The notes beneath the pieces are model-generated. The model ran no database searches. It was not told where the DNA came from and worked only from the letters and a program-made list of their open reading frames with translations. A program made the translations under genes and the position numbers. DNA of 61,651 nucleotides, the filler included, from a bacterium (GTDB lineage: Bacteria > JAMOTN01): NCBI GenBank assembly GCA_027062325.1. It is 3 parts of 3 records of this genome, joined end to end, with 100 filler letters (N's around TTAATTAATTAA, not from the genome) between each part and the next. Parts side by side here need not be neighbours in the genome. Positions count along the whole stretch, not along the records: positions 56,787 to 61,651 come from JAMOTN010000057.1; 2 more parts are not named here. One strand, 5' to 3'. Below, piece by piece: positions 60,962 to 61,651 of this stretch. The number at the start of each line of letters is the position of its first letter. Within the stretch, counting starts at the first letter, position 1.

Positions 60962-61651
60962 TTACTTACGACTCTTTTTCTTCTTGCGACGCTGAACAAT
61001 ATACTTATCAGAGTACTTGTTTCTTGGACGCGTCTTAACACCCAAAGTAAGCCATCCCCACGGACTCTTCGGATGACGCCCCTGACCTTGTCTTCCTTCT
61101 CCTCCTCCGTGCGGATGATCAACAGGATTCATCGCGACACCGCGTACTTCTGGCCTCCAACCTTTCCAGCGCTGGCGCCCTGCTTTACCATCAACCTCAT
61201 GCATATGATCCAAATTACCAACTTGACCTATAGTGGCACGGCACCTCTTATGAACATAACGCAACTCACCAGAGGGCATTCTCAGTAAAACGTAATCTCC
61301 CTCTTTTGCCATAACTTGAGCTGCAGCACCTGCTGCCCTCACCAACTGACCGCCACGCCCTGGATGGAGCTCAACATTGTGCACCAAAACACCAAGAGGT
61401 ATTCTCTCTAAAGGCAGGCAATTCCCTACCTTTATGTCCACGTTTTCTCCACTCATAACTATGTCTCCAACTTTCAATCCCTCTGGCCAAAGAATATAAC
61501 GTTTTTCTCCATCATAATACTGCAAAAGTGCTATACGAGCTGTACGATTTGGATCATACTCTATCGCTACAACCTTTGCAGGCACATTATCTTTATTGCG
61601 CTTAAAATCTATCAAACGATAAAGTCTCTTGTGACCGCCACCTCTGTGCCG
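60962..61651 (-). CDS. rplB: 50S ribosomal protein L2 (5' truncated by window)
   Basis: [38 protein letters not shown]. Confidence 0.98.
   Translation of the reverse strand, partial: RHRGGGHKRLYRLIDFKRNKDNVPAKVVAIEYDPNRTARIALLQYYDGEKRYILWPEGLKVGDIVMSGENVDIKVGNCLPLERIPLGVLVHNVELHPGRGGQLVRAAGAAAQVMAKEGDYVLLRMPSGELRYVHKRCRATIGQVGNLDHMHEVDGKAGRQRWKGWRPEVRGVAMNPVDHPHGGGEGRQGQGRHPKSPWGWLTLGVKTRPRNKYSDKYIVQRRKKKKSRK

Overview
Low-GC bacterial chromosomal DNA, probably from a draft or metagenome assembly. The window is three contigs (1-28465, 28566-56686, 56787-61651) joined by artificial 100-nt N/TTAATTAATTAA spacers, so adjacency across the spacers means nothing. Gene content suggests a flagellated, LPS-producing, probably anaerobic bacterium. 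Contig 1: queA, a pilin-like gene, a sigma factor, rnfCDGEA-X-B with an extra Fe-S gene, amrS, a SPOR protein, fapA-fliW-csrA-secG, a degenerate DnaB paralogue, a fliO-like gene, a 1014-aa orphan, kdsA/D/C, lptC/lptA-like genes, fetAB-like genes and a PP2C phosphatase. Contig 2: clpX-clpP-tig, a second sigma factor, csaB-like, lpxK, yqgF-like, feoB, lpdA, an S8 protease, a split glycoside-hydrolase-like gene, panC, an acyl-CoA carboxylase trio, recD2, and a ymdB-DGC-asparaginase-hutH-peptidase operon. Contig 3: part of the S10/spc ribosomal protein cluster. I found no tRNA, rRNA, CRISPR array or mobile element. The most notable leads are: a terminator-like hairpin plus a new promoter splitting the S10 operon between rplB and rpsS; an Rnf operon with a seventh Fe-S gene and an enlarged RnfG; a gene split exactly at an A_AAA_AAG slippery site; 10-nt-phased GTAG repeats in a protease leader; and degenerate DnaB and biotin carboxylase paralogues. 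All calls come from motif recognition by eye; no database searches were run.
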